A stretch of 55,242 nt of DNA from IMG/VR virus record IMGVR_UViG_3300045988_053272, one strand, 5' to 3'. Position numbers and translations under genes: made by a program. Below the pieces are notes generated by a model. It made no database searches and was not told the origin of the DNA. It was given only the letters and a program-made list of their open reading frames with translations. This DNA comes from a virus. Shown in pieces: positions 24,817 through 32,350 of this stretch; positions within the stretch are counted from its first letter, which is position 1; each line of letters opens with the position of its first letter.

Positions 24817-25418
24817 AGGTCATAAAGAAGCCTCTGACCGAGCTGCGGCGACCGGATCGGAATGTCCGAATGCACACCGACAAGCAGCTGAAGGAGTTCC
24901 GCCGCTCTGTCGAAATGTTCGGTCAGATCCGCCCCATCGTGGTCGATGAGGACGGCGTTATTCTCGCCGGCAACGGCTTATACGAAACGCTGCTCTCCCT
25001 CGGCCGCACAGAAGCGGACTGCTATGTTGTGTCCGGGCTGACTGAGGCAGAGAAGAAAAAGCTCATGCTGGCCGATAACCGCGTCTTTGACCTGGGCGTT
25101 GACGATTTGGCTGCGCTGGACGCTTTTATCCTCGACCTGAAAGACGACCTGGACATTCCCGGCTACGAAGAGGATCTTCTCCGTGCGATGGTGATGGAGG
25201 CTGACGAAGCCAGCGACGCCCTGCTTGAGTACGGCACCATTGAGCCGGAGCAGGCTGCGGCCATCACCGAGACGCGCGAGAAATACGCCGCCCGGGAAGA
25301 AGCTGCTGCGGCGCAGGCTGAGGAAGTCGCACCAGCACAGAGCGGCACGGCGTCTTCCACCGAGCCCGCTAAGAGGTTTATCCTCTGCCCGAAATGTGGT
25401 GAGCGGATATGGCTGTAA
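24813..25418 (+). CDS. ParB/Srx-fold protein, copy 1, degenerate Arg motif, C-terminal zinc ribbon (201 aa)
   Basis: LRRPDRNVRMH...FGQIRPIVVDEDGVILAGNGLYETLLSLG, where GNGL stands in the position of GHGR/GHRR. Ends in CPKCGERIW. ATGA overlap. Confidence 0.7.
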   Translation: MKVIKKPLTELRRPDRNVRMHTDKQLKEFRRSVEMFGQIRPIVVDEDGVILAGNGLYETLLSLGRTEADCYVVSGLTEAEKKKLMLADNRVFDLGVDDLAALDAFILDLKDDLDIPGYEEDLLRAMVMEADEASDALLEYGTIEPEQAAAITETREKYAAREEAAAAQAEEVAPAQSGTASSTEPAKRFILCPKCGERIWL

Positions 25419-26563
25419 AGCGCATCAGCTCAGACATCGACGTTGTGACTGCGGCGCGCCAGCGGATCAAGAATGTATTTTCCAACGGCGTCCCCGTATA
25501 CCTCTCGTTTTCCGGCGGCAAGGACAGCATCGTTCTCGCCGACCTGACCTATAAGCTGATCCAGGCCGGAGAGATCAATCCCTCGCAGTTGACCGTCCTT
25601 TTCGTGGACGAGGAGGCAATCTTCGATTCCATTGAAGCAACGACCAAGGCGTGGCGGAAGAAGTTCCTGCTTGCCGGCGCCAAGTTTCAATGGTGGTGCA
25701 TCGAGGTCAAGCATTTCAGCTGTCTCAATGAGCTGTCCAGCGATGAAACCTTCGTCTGCTGGGATCGGCGCAAGCGCGATGTCTGGGTGCGGCAGCCGCC
25801 GCCCTTTGCCATCCGCAATCACCCGCAGCTCCGGCCAAGGATCGACAACTATCAATCCTTCCTGCCCCGCGTGACGATGGACGGCATCATGATCACCGGC
25901 GTCCGCGCGGCAGAGTCCATTCAGCGGCTCCAATACATGGCGGCACTGAATATGGGCGCAAAGGGCATCACCGGCACGAACACCATCTATCCCATCTACG
26001 ACTGGAAGACGGCGGACGTCTGGCTGTACCTGCGAGACCAGCGCATCGAAGTCCCCGAGGTCTACCTGCAGATGTATCAGGTCGGCGTCAATCGGAATCA
26101 GCTGCGCGTGTCGCAGTTCTTCTCTGTTGATACCGTACCCGTGCTGGTACACCTGGGCGAATATGACCCATCGCTCATGGAGCGCGTCCTTCGGCGTGAG
26201 CCGAACGCATACCTTGCCATGCTGTACTGGGACAGCGAAATGTTCCACCGCACCACAAGGAAGCGCCGGGAGCTGGAGGGTGAGGACACCAAGGACTACC
26301 GTGCGCTCCTGAAGGAGATGCTGTTCGTCCGTCCGGGAGACTTCTTCAACACGGAGCATAAGCGCAAGATCGCCAAGCAGTACCGCAAGATGTTCATTCA
26401 GATGGACGGAATGGCTCGGCCGCGCGACTACAAGAAAATGTACGGCGGTCTGACTGCTGGTGATCCCAAGCTCCGCACCCTGCGCGCCATCTATCAGGAC
26501 ATATCCTGCGCCTACGCTGATTACGCCAAGCGCTTCCGGAAGGGAGGTGAGGCAAATGGCTGA
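25409..26563 (+). CDS. PAPS-reductase-family PP-loop ATPase with long C-terminal extension (IbrA/DUF3440-like), 384 aa
   Basis: PP-loop LSFSGGKDSIVL ... IYPIYDWKTADVWLYL. A 190-aa C-terminal extension. 10-nt overlap with the preceding gene. Confidence 0.8.
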   Translation: MAVKRISSDIDVVTAARQRIKNVFSNGVPVYLSFSGGKDSIVLADLTYKLIQAGEINPSQLTVLFVDEEAIFDSIEATTKAWRKKFLLAGAKFQWWCIEVKHFSCLNELSSDETFVCWDRRKRDVWVRQPPPFAIRNHPQLRPRIDNYQSFLPRVTMDGIMITGVRAAESIQRLQYMAALNMGAKGITGTNTIYPIYDWKTADVWLYLRDQRIEVPEVYLQMYQVGVNRNQLRVSQFFSVDTVPVLVHLGEYDPSLMERVLRREPNAYLAMLYWDSEMFHRTTRKRRELEGEDTKDYRALLKEMLFVRPGDFFNTEHKRKIAKQYRKMFIQMDGMARPRDYKKMYGGLTAGDPKLRTLRAIYQDISCAYADYAKRFRKGGEANG

Positions 26564-27080
26564 CGCGGATTTGTTCGCCCCGTTATCCTCCCTGCAATGG
26601 GTAGACCGGGAGCAGCTCAAACCCAATGACTACAACCCCAACAAGGTCAACCGCGAAAATCTGAAACTGCTGGTGCAATCGATCATGACCAATGGCTGGA
26701 CGCTTCCCATCGTTGTGCGTCCCGACTACACCATCATCGACGGCTTTCACCGCTGGACCGTGGCCGGAGAGGAGCCGCTGCACACCATGCTCAAAGGCAA
26801 GGTGCCGGTGGTAATCGTGCGGCATGATGACGCGACCGAGGATATTTACGGCACCGTCACACACAACCGCGCTCGTGGTACACATCTGCTTGAGCCGATG
26901 AAAGCCATCGTAAAGCGGCTGCTGGACGAGGGCAAGTCCGTTCAGGAGATCGGCAAACAGCTCGGAATGAAACCCGAAGAAGTATTCCGGCTCGCTGATT
27001 TCTCGCGTGATGACTTCCTCGGCATGATGACCAAGGGCGTTAAGGGGTATAGCCATGCGGAATTGCTGACGAAGTTATAA
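26556..27080 (+). CDS. ParB/Srx-fold protein, copy 2 (IbrB-like), 174 aa
   Basis: ORF 26460..27080 trimmed to ATG 26556 (8-nt overlap). LKPNDYNPNKV ... IIDGFHRWTVAGE ... HTH-like SVQEIGKQLGMKPEEV. Confidence 0.75.
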   Translation: MADADLFAPLSSLQWVDREQLKPNDYNPNKVNRENLKLLVQSIMTNGWTLPIVVRPDYTIIDGFHRWTVAGEEPLHTMLKGKVPVVIVRHDDATEDIYGTVTHNRARGTHLLEPMKAIVKRLLDEGKSVQEIGKQLGMKPEEVFRLADFSRDDFLGMMTKGVKGYSHAELLTKL

Positions 27081-27656
27081 CACAATACCACAGCCAGGCG
27101 CATACATCGCACGAGAGCGGCGTATCTGCGTCTGGCTGTGTTGCGCCCTCCCCCTCTCGGCATCGTCGCGCTGAGGGCGGGGAAATGCGTTGCAACAGGC
27201 GACGACGGCAAAAGGTACTGTGACGACCCCCGCCCCACACGCCGCGGGCTCGCCGACCCCGAAAAAAGCGTAGTTACCAAGGCAAAATTTTGGCATTTCC
27301 GTTCCGCTTTGGCGTTGCTTTTGGTGCCAAGCGCGGCACCTGTGGCGGTACCTGCCGCAATCCCCCATCGCTTTATCCGTCTTTCTCCGCGGGAATGTGG
27401 AGGAAGTCCAGATAAAGGCCTCCTATGTAATATAAGACCACGCGCGGGATAAGGGTCTCGCACAGAGCTGCTGGTACCGGCCTGTGTGCTCCAGTGCAAT
27501 TCTGGTGAGTCCCGCATTCGGACACAAAAAAAGACCCGACTGCTGGAACAGTCAGGTCTTGCGCCCTCGGGCGATATGGTTTTGCACTATCGATACCATA
27601 TCACAATTTACGCAGACAGTCAAGCCGGCTGGACTGCGCAAGGAAGGAGGAGCGCC
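27081..27656. other. 576-bp non-coding, highly structured region upstream of terS; probable cos / late-leader region
   Basis: No plausible ORF. Long hairpin at 27089-27140. Competing GC pairings at 27143-27235. G-rich tract GAGGGCGGGGAAATGCG (27173-27189). Palindromes GGTGCC/GGCACC (27322-27339) and TGTGGCGGTACCTGCCGCA (27341-27359). Confidence 0.6.
27526..27560 (-). terminator. Rho-independent terminator oriented for the minus strand
   Basis: Stem AAGACCCGACTG / CAGTCAGGTCTT (27531-27560) is preceded on the plus strand by A7 (27526-27532). This gives a U7 tail only for a minus-strand transcript. Confidence 0.7.
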
Positions 27657-28217
27657 ATGTCTGAAGCTATTGATGTCATTACCGAGGAAACGGAGGTAAG
27701 CACGACAGAGCTGGCCTGCGTCCTGGGCATCACAGGACGGCGCATTCGCCAGATGGCGGAGGACGGTCAGCTGCAAAAGGTCAGCAAGGGGCGCTTCCTC
27801 CTTGCCGATTCCGTCCAGCGGTATGTTAAGTTCCTGTCCGACGGCCCGATGGACGAAGAGGATAAGAAGCTGGAGAAGACCCGCCGCGTGGCGGAGACGA
27901 CGATGAAAGCGTCCAAGGCCACCATCGCCAAGCTGGAGGCCGAGGAGCTGAAAGGTACCATGCACCGTGCGGAGGACGTTGCCGCGCTGACGGAGGATCT
28001 GGTCTACACCATTCGCGGTGCGCTCAATGCGCTGCCGGGGCGGCTGGCCGTCGATGTAGCGGCTGTGTCCACGCCTGCCGAGGCGTCCGAGGTTATCCGC
28101 AAAGAGGTCAGCAAGGTCATGCGGGAGCTGGCCGGGTATCACTACGACCCCAAGAAATACGAGGAGCGCGTGAGAGAACGGCGCGACTGGTCGGAGCGTG
28201 ACAGCGATGACGAGTAG
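27657..28217 (+). CDS. terS: Terminase small subunit (186 aa)
   Basis: ORF 27486..28217 trimmed to ATG 27657 (GGAAGGAGGAG RBS). N-terminal HTH TTELACVLGITGRRIRQMAEDGQL. Immediately upstream of terL, overlapping it. Confidence 0.7.
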   Translation: MSEAIDVITEETEVSTTELACVLGITGRRIRQMAEDGQLQKVSKGRFLLADSVQRYVKFLSDGPMDEEDKKLEKTRRVAETTMKASKATIAKLEAEELKGTMHRAEDVAALTEDLVYTIRGALNALPGRLAVDVAAVSTPAEASEVIRKEVSKVMRELAGYHYDPKKYEERVRERRDWSERDSDDE

Positions 28218-30129
28218 GCTCGCCGCCGTCCGGCTGAACAAGGTCATCGCCAAAGCGATGGCCGGTATGCTCCCGCCGGACGACCTGACCGTAACCGAAT
28301 GGGCGGAGCAGAATCGCCGCCTGTCGGCCGAGAGCGCCGCAGAGCCCGGACCGTGGCGCACCGAGCGCACCCCCTATCTCCGCGAGCCGATGAACGCATG
28401 GACCGACCCAAAGATACGGCACATCGTCATGGTGGCTGCGTCCCAGGTCGGTAAGTCTGAATTTCTCAATAACTGCATCGGCTATGTGATCGACCAGGAC
28501 CCCGGCTCGATCCTGTTTGTCCACCCTACCACCATTGACGCAAAGGAGTATTCCAAGCTCCGCATCGCGCCGATGATCCGCGACTGCCCCACGCTGCGAA
28601 AGAAGGTCAGCGACCCCAAGAGCCGTGACAGCGGCAATACAATTCTGCAAAAGACCTACCCCGGAGGCATCCTCACGATGTGCGGCTCCACCGAGGCCCA
28701 CGCTCTGGCGTCAAAGCCTATCCGCTATGTGCTGGGCGACGAGCGCGACCGCTGGGCGCTGTCTGCCGGTAACGAGGGCGACCCGTGGGATCTGGCGATG
28801 GCGCGGCAGACGACATTCTACAACGCGAAAAGCGGTGAGGTGTCCACGCCCACCGTCAAAAACGCCAGTGCCATCGAAGCCGCCTACGCGACAGGCACGA
28901 TGGAGCGGTGGAAATCCCGCTGCCCTCATTGCGGCGAGTATCACGAGATCCAATGGGCGGACATCCGCTTTGAGCATGACGAGATCATCGTCGCGGGGAA
29001 AAAGACCTACAAGGTCCGCAGCGTCTGCTATGCCTGCCCCGGCTGCGGCTGCATCTCCACCGAGGCGGAAATGAAGCGCGCCCCGGCAAGATGGGAGGCG
29101 GACAACCCCGCCGCCTATGAGCAGGGCACGCGCTCGTTCTGGCTGAACGCCTTTGTCAGCCAGTGGGCGAGCTGGGAATCCATCATTCTGAAATACCTGA
29201 ACGCCATCGGCAGTACCCGCAAGATGCAGGTCGTCTACAACACCTGCTTCGGCGAGCTGTGGGAGGATCGCGGAGACCTGGAGGACGAGGACAGTCTGAT
29301 GGCGCGCAGGGAGGAATACCCCGCCGAGCTGCCGGAGGGCGTGCTTGTTCTGACGGCCGGTGTCGATACCCAGGACGACCGCATGGAATACGAGATCGTC
29401 GGCCATGGCCACTTTGGTGAGACCTGGGGCATCGAGAAAGGCATCGTCATGGGACGACCCGACGACGATGCCGTATGGGCGCAGCTGGACGAGCTGGTAT
29501 TTGACCGTGTTCTGCGCTTTGAGAACGGCGTGGGGCTGAAAATGTCAATGTCCTTTGTGGACGAGGGCGGACACTTCACGCAGGAGGTCCGTATGCAGTG
29601 CCGGGCGCGGCTGGGCAAAAAGGTGTTCTGCATCAAGGGTATGCCCGGCAGCGATAAACCATACACCGCGCCGCCGAAAAAGCAGAAGATCATCATCAAG
29701 CAGACGGCGGTCGGCACCTGCTGGCAGTACCAGATCGGCGTTGACTCCGGCAAGGAGGTCATCATGGACAACCTGCGCGTACAGACGCCGGGCGCGAAAT
29801 ATTGTCACTTCCCCAAGCGGGATGACTACGGCTCCGGCTACTTCACAGGGCTGCTCTCCGAGGTCAAGGTCTACGACCCCAACAAAAAGCAGCCGTGGCA
29901 GTGGAAGAAGATCCCCGGCCACGAGCGCAACGAGGCGCTGGACTGCCGCAACTACGCGCTGGCGGCGTTCAAGGCGCTTCCTAAGAACCTGGACGAGATA
30001 GACAGGCGGCTAAAGGAGGCGGGCGGCGAACGCACTCCTGCCCCTGTTGCAACGCCTGTCATGCCGCCTCCCGCCGCCAAGCAGAGGCCGAAGCGCAGAA
30101 GCAGAAAGAAATACTACGACGATTGGTGA
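28207..30129 (+). CDS. terL: Terminase large subunit, lambda GpA family (640 aa)
   Basis: TVTEWAEQNRRLSAESAAEPGPWRTERTPYLREPMNAW...VMVAASQVGKSE (Walker A). Size and order match lambda gpA. Confidence 0.9.
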   Translation: MTSRLAAVRLNKVIAKAMAGMLPPDDLTVTEWAEQNRRLSAESAAEPGPWRTERTPYLREPMNAWTDPKIRHIVMVAASQVGKSEFLNNCIGYVIDQDPGSILFVHPTTIDAKEYSKLRIAPMIRDCPTLRKKVSDPKSRDSGNTILQKTYPGGILTMCGSTEAHALASKPIRYVLGDERDRWALSAGNEGDPWDLAMARQTTFYNAKSGEVSTPTVKNASAIEAAYATGTMERWKSRCPHCGEYHEIQWADIRFEHDEIIVAGKKTYKVRSVCYACPGCGCISTEAEMKRAPARWEADNPAAYEQGTRSFWLNAFVSQWASWESIILKYLNAIGSTRKMQVVYNTCFGELWEDRGDLEDEDSLMARREEYPAELPEGVLVLTAGVDTQDDRMEYEIVGHGHFGETWGIEKGIVMGRPDDDAVWAQLDELVFDRVLRFENGVGLKMSMSFVDEGGHFTQEVRMQCRARLGKKVFCIKGMPGSDKPYTAPPKKQKIIIKQTAVGTCWQYQIGVDSGKEVIMDNLRVQTPGAKYCHFPKRDDYGSGYFTGLLSEVKVYDPNKKQPWQWKKIPGHERNEALDCRNYALAAFKALPKNLDEIDRRLKEAGGERTPAPVATPVMPPPAAKQRPKRRSRKKYYDDW

Positions 30130-30139
30130 GGTGTCCGAT

Positions 30140-30394
30140 ATGGATAAAGTTGAACTGCGGGCGCGGCTGGACTTCTGGCAGAGCGCCCTCTCAAAGCTGC
30201 GCGCCGCATATCTGGCTCTTGTGGACGGCGGCGTAAAAAGCTATGTCATCGACGACCGCGAGCTGACGCGCTTCGACCTGCCCGACCTGAAGGACGAGAT
30301 CGAAGACGCGGAGAAGAAGGTCGACGAACTGCTCGCGGAGCTGAACGGCCGCAAGCCGAGAAAGGCTTTCGGCATCGTTCCACGCGACTGGTGA
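30140..30394 (+). CDS. gpW-like head-tail joining protein (84 aa)
   Basis: ORF 30047..30394 trimmed to ATG 30140. Small, and located between terL and the portal gene as in lambda. Confidence 0.6.
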   Translation: MDKVELRARLDFWQSALSKLRAAYLALVDGGVKSYVIDDRELTRFDLPDLKDEIEDAEKKVDELLAELNGRKPRKAFGIVPRDW

Positions 30395-30427
30395 CCTTTT
30401 TCGTGAGGTCACGAAAATGATACCGGC

Positions 30428-30506
30428 AAAGCGCCCGAAAGGGCTTTTTGCACAGGCAGCCTGGCGGAGTTTGCTCCTTTCGCCGCCGGGCGGCCTGTTT
30501 TTTATT
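30428..30506 (+). terminator. Two tandem rho-independent terminators inside the head operon
   Basis: GCCC-gaaa-GGGC followed by TTTTT (30428-30449). ACAGGCAGCC...GGCGGCCTGT with an inner GGCGG/CCGCC stem followed by TTTTTTATT (30452-30506). Confidence 0.65.
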
Positions 30507-30529
30507 CCGAAAACGGGAGGCGATAAGCA

Positions 30530-32155
30530 TTGAGCAACAAGAAAGACCGCCGCCGCGCAGCCGCGCCGCAGGCGAAGGGGTACAGCGAAGCCGGGGCCAG
30601 CTTGACGCGGCGGGCGCTCAAGGGATTTGTTCCGGACAGCGGCGCTCCCAATGAGGACATCAACCGCAACAACGCCACCCTGCGGCAGAGGGCGCGAATG
30701 CTCTACATGGCCGCGCCGGTGGCTACGGCGGCGATCAATACCAACCGCACCAAGGTCATCGGGACGGGGCTGACGCTCAAAGCGTCCGTGGATCGCGAGG
30801 TGCTGGGCATCTCCCCGGAGGCGGCGAAGAAGTGGCAGCACGCGGCGGAGATGGAATTCCGGCTGTGGGCAGGGAAAAAGCAGAACTGCGACGCGCTGGG
30901 CCTGAACAATTTTGAGAGCTTGCAGCAGCTCGCCTTGAAGTCGTGGCTGCTCAGCGGCGATGTGTTCGCGCTGGTCAAGCGATACCCGGCAACACCACTA
31001 AACCCCTACACCCTGCGGCTTCACATCGTGGAGGCGGACCGCGCCTGCACGCCAAGCGAATATGGCGGCGGTGTCACCATCGGCGGCTTCGTGGAGGGCA
31101 AGATCCCCGAGGGAAAGCCCGGCGCAGGCCACAAGGTCTACGACGGCGTGGAGGTGGACGGCAACGGCCGCGTGGTCGCCTATCACATCAGCAACACCTA
31201 CCCGCACCAGATCACCAGTGAGCCGCAGAAGTGGCAGCGCGTTGAGGCCTACGGCGCCAAGACCGGCCTGCCGAATATTCTCCACATCATGGACAGTGAG
31301 CGCCCGGACCAGTACCGCGGCGTTCCTTATCTGGCGCAGGTCATCGAGCCGCTGCTCCAGCTTCGGCGCTACACAGAATCCGAGCTGATGGCGGCGCTGG
31401 TGCAGAGCTTCTTCACTGCATGGATCGAAACGGAGACCGACCCCTCCGATACACCCTTCAACGAGGTTGGCGCAGGAGATATTGCCGGCGTCCCCGCCGA
31501 GGTCAACGCGGACGGCGGACCGATGGCGAACAACATCTCCGATGATGACAACGAGTACGAGATGGGACCGGGTACGGTGACGCACCTCGCCCCCGGGGAA
31601 AAGGTCAACTTCGGCAATCCGAACATCCCCACCGCTGGCTTTGAGACCTTTGTCAAGACGCTGTGCAAGCTGGTCGGCGCAGCTTTAGAGCTGCCTTACG
31701 ATGTGCTGATCAAGGAGTTCAACAGCTCCTATTCCGCAAGCCGAGGCGCGCTGCTGGAGGCGTGGGAAGCATTCAAAATGCGCCGGAAGTGGTTTGTGGA
31801 CGACTTCTGCCAGCCGGTCTATGAGATGTTCCTGGCCGAAGCGGTCGCTCTGGGGCGCATCAACGCCCCCGGCTTCTTCACAGACCCCCTTGTGCGGGAG
31901 GCATGGTGCGGCGCGCGCTGGATCGGCCCCGTGCAGGGCAGCCTTGACCCCAAGAAGGAGGCAGAAGCCGCCCTCATGCTGATCGACAACGCCATCAAGA
32001 CCCATGAGCAGGTCAGCCGCGAAATGAGCGGCGGCGACTGGGAGGAGAACGTGGAGCAGCTGCAGCGTGAAAACGAGCTGCTGACACAGGCAGGAGGCAA
32101 CAAGGTCACCGTTGTATCGGCATCGCCGAAAGAAGGTGACGGCGATGAAGACTAA
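30530..32155 (+). CDS. Portal protein, lambda gpB family (541 aa)
   Basis: TTG start after GGGAGG. Size, position and N-terminal pattern (RQRARMLYMAAPVATAAINTNRTKVIGTGL) fit that family. Confidence 0.85.
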   Translation: MSNKKDRRRAAAPQAKGYSEAGASLTRRALKGFVPDSGAPNEDINRNNATLRQRARMLYMAAPVATAAINTNRTKVIGTGLTLKASVDREVLGISPEAAKKWQHAAEMEFRLWAGKKQNCDALGLNNFESLQQLALKSWLLSGDVFALVKRYPATPLNPYTLRLHIVEADRACTPSEYGGGVTIGGFVEGKIPEGKPGAGHKVYDGVEVDGNGRVVAYHISNTYPHQITSEPQKWQRVEAYGAKTGLPNILHIMDSERPDQYRGVPYLAQVIEPLLQLRRYTESELMAALVQSFFTAWIETETDPSDTPFNEVGAGDIAGVPAEVNADGGPMANNISDDDNEYEMGPGTVTHLAPGEKVNFGNPNIPTAGFETFVKTLCKLVGAALELPYDVLIKEFNSSYSASRGALLEAWEAFKMRRKWFVDDFCQPVYEMFLAEAVALGRINAPGFFTDPLVREAWCGARWIGPVQGSLDPKKEAEAALMLIDNAIKTHEQVSREMSGGDWEENVEQLQRENELLTQAGGNKVTVVSASPKEGDGDED

Positions 32156-32345
32156 CTTCGAGCATCTGCAAAGCCTGAATGTGCGGAGCATGGCGCTCGC
32201 CATCTGGAACTACGCAAGCGACTACTGCGCCTATTGCCCGAAGAACATGGAGCGCCGCTGCAACGAGAACTGCCGCGCGGGAATCCGCGAGTGGCTGAAC
32301 AGTCCCTACATTCCGTCAAGCGATATCTGGAAAGAAAAGAGGTAA
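32145..32345 (+). CDS. Small Cys-rich protein inserted between portal and protease genes (66 aa)
   Basis: ORF 32112..32345 trimmed to ATG 32145. CAYCPKNMERRCNENC. Confidence 0.45.
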   Translation: MKTNFEHLQSLNVRSMALAIWNYASDYCAYCPKNMERRCNENCRAGIREWLNSPYIPSSDIWKEKR

Positions 32346-32350
32346 AGCGC

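Noticed and set aside
24034-26563. Annotating the two PAPS-reductase-family genes as cysH auxiliary metabolic genes for assimilatory sulfate reduction.
   Set aside because: Each is translationally coupled to a ParB-fold protein. One carries the IbrA/DUF3440-type extension. I see no CysH C-terminal ECGLH-type motif. The context points to a nucleic-acid-directed function rather than sulfur metabolism.
27081-27656. A tRNA or tmRNA-like gene in the large intergenic region, which is a common location in phages.
   Set aside because: I could not find a cloverleaf with a GTTCRANYC T-loop or a conserved D-arm on either strand.
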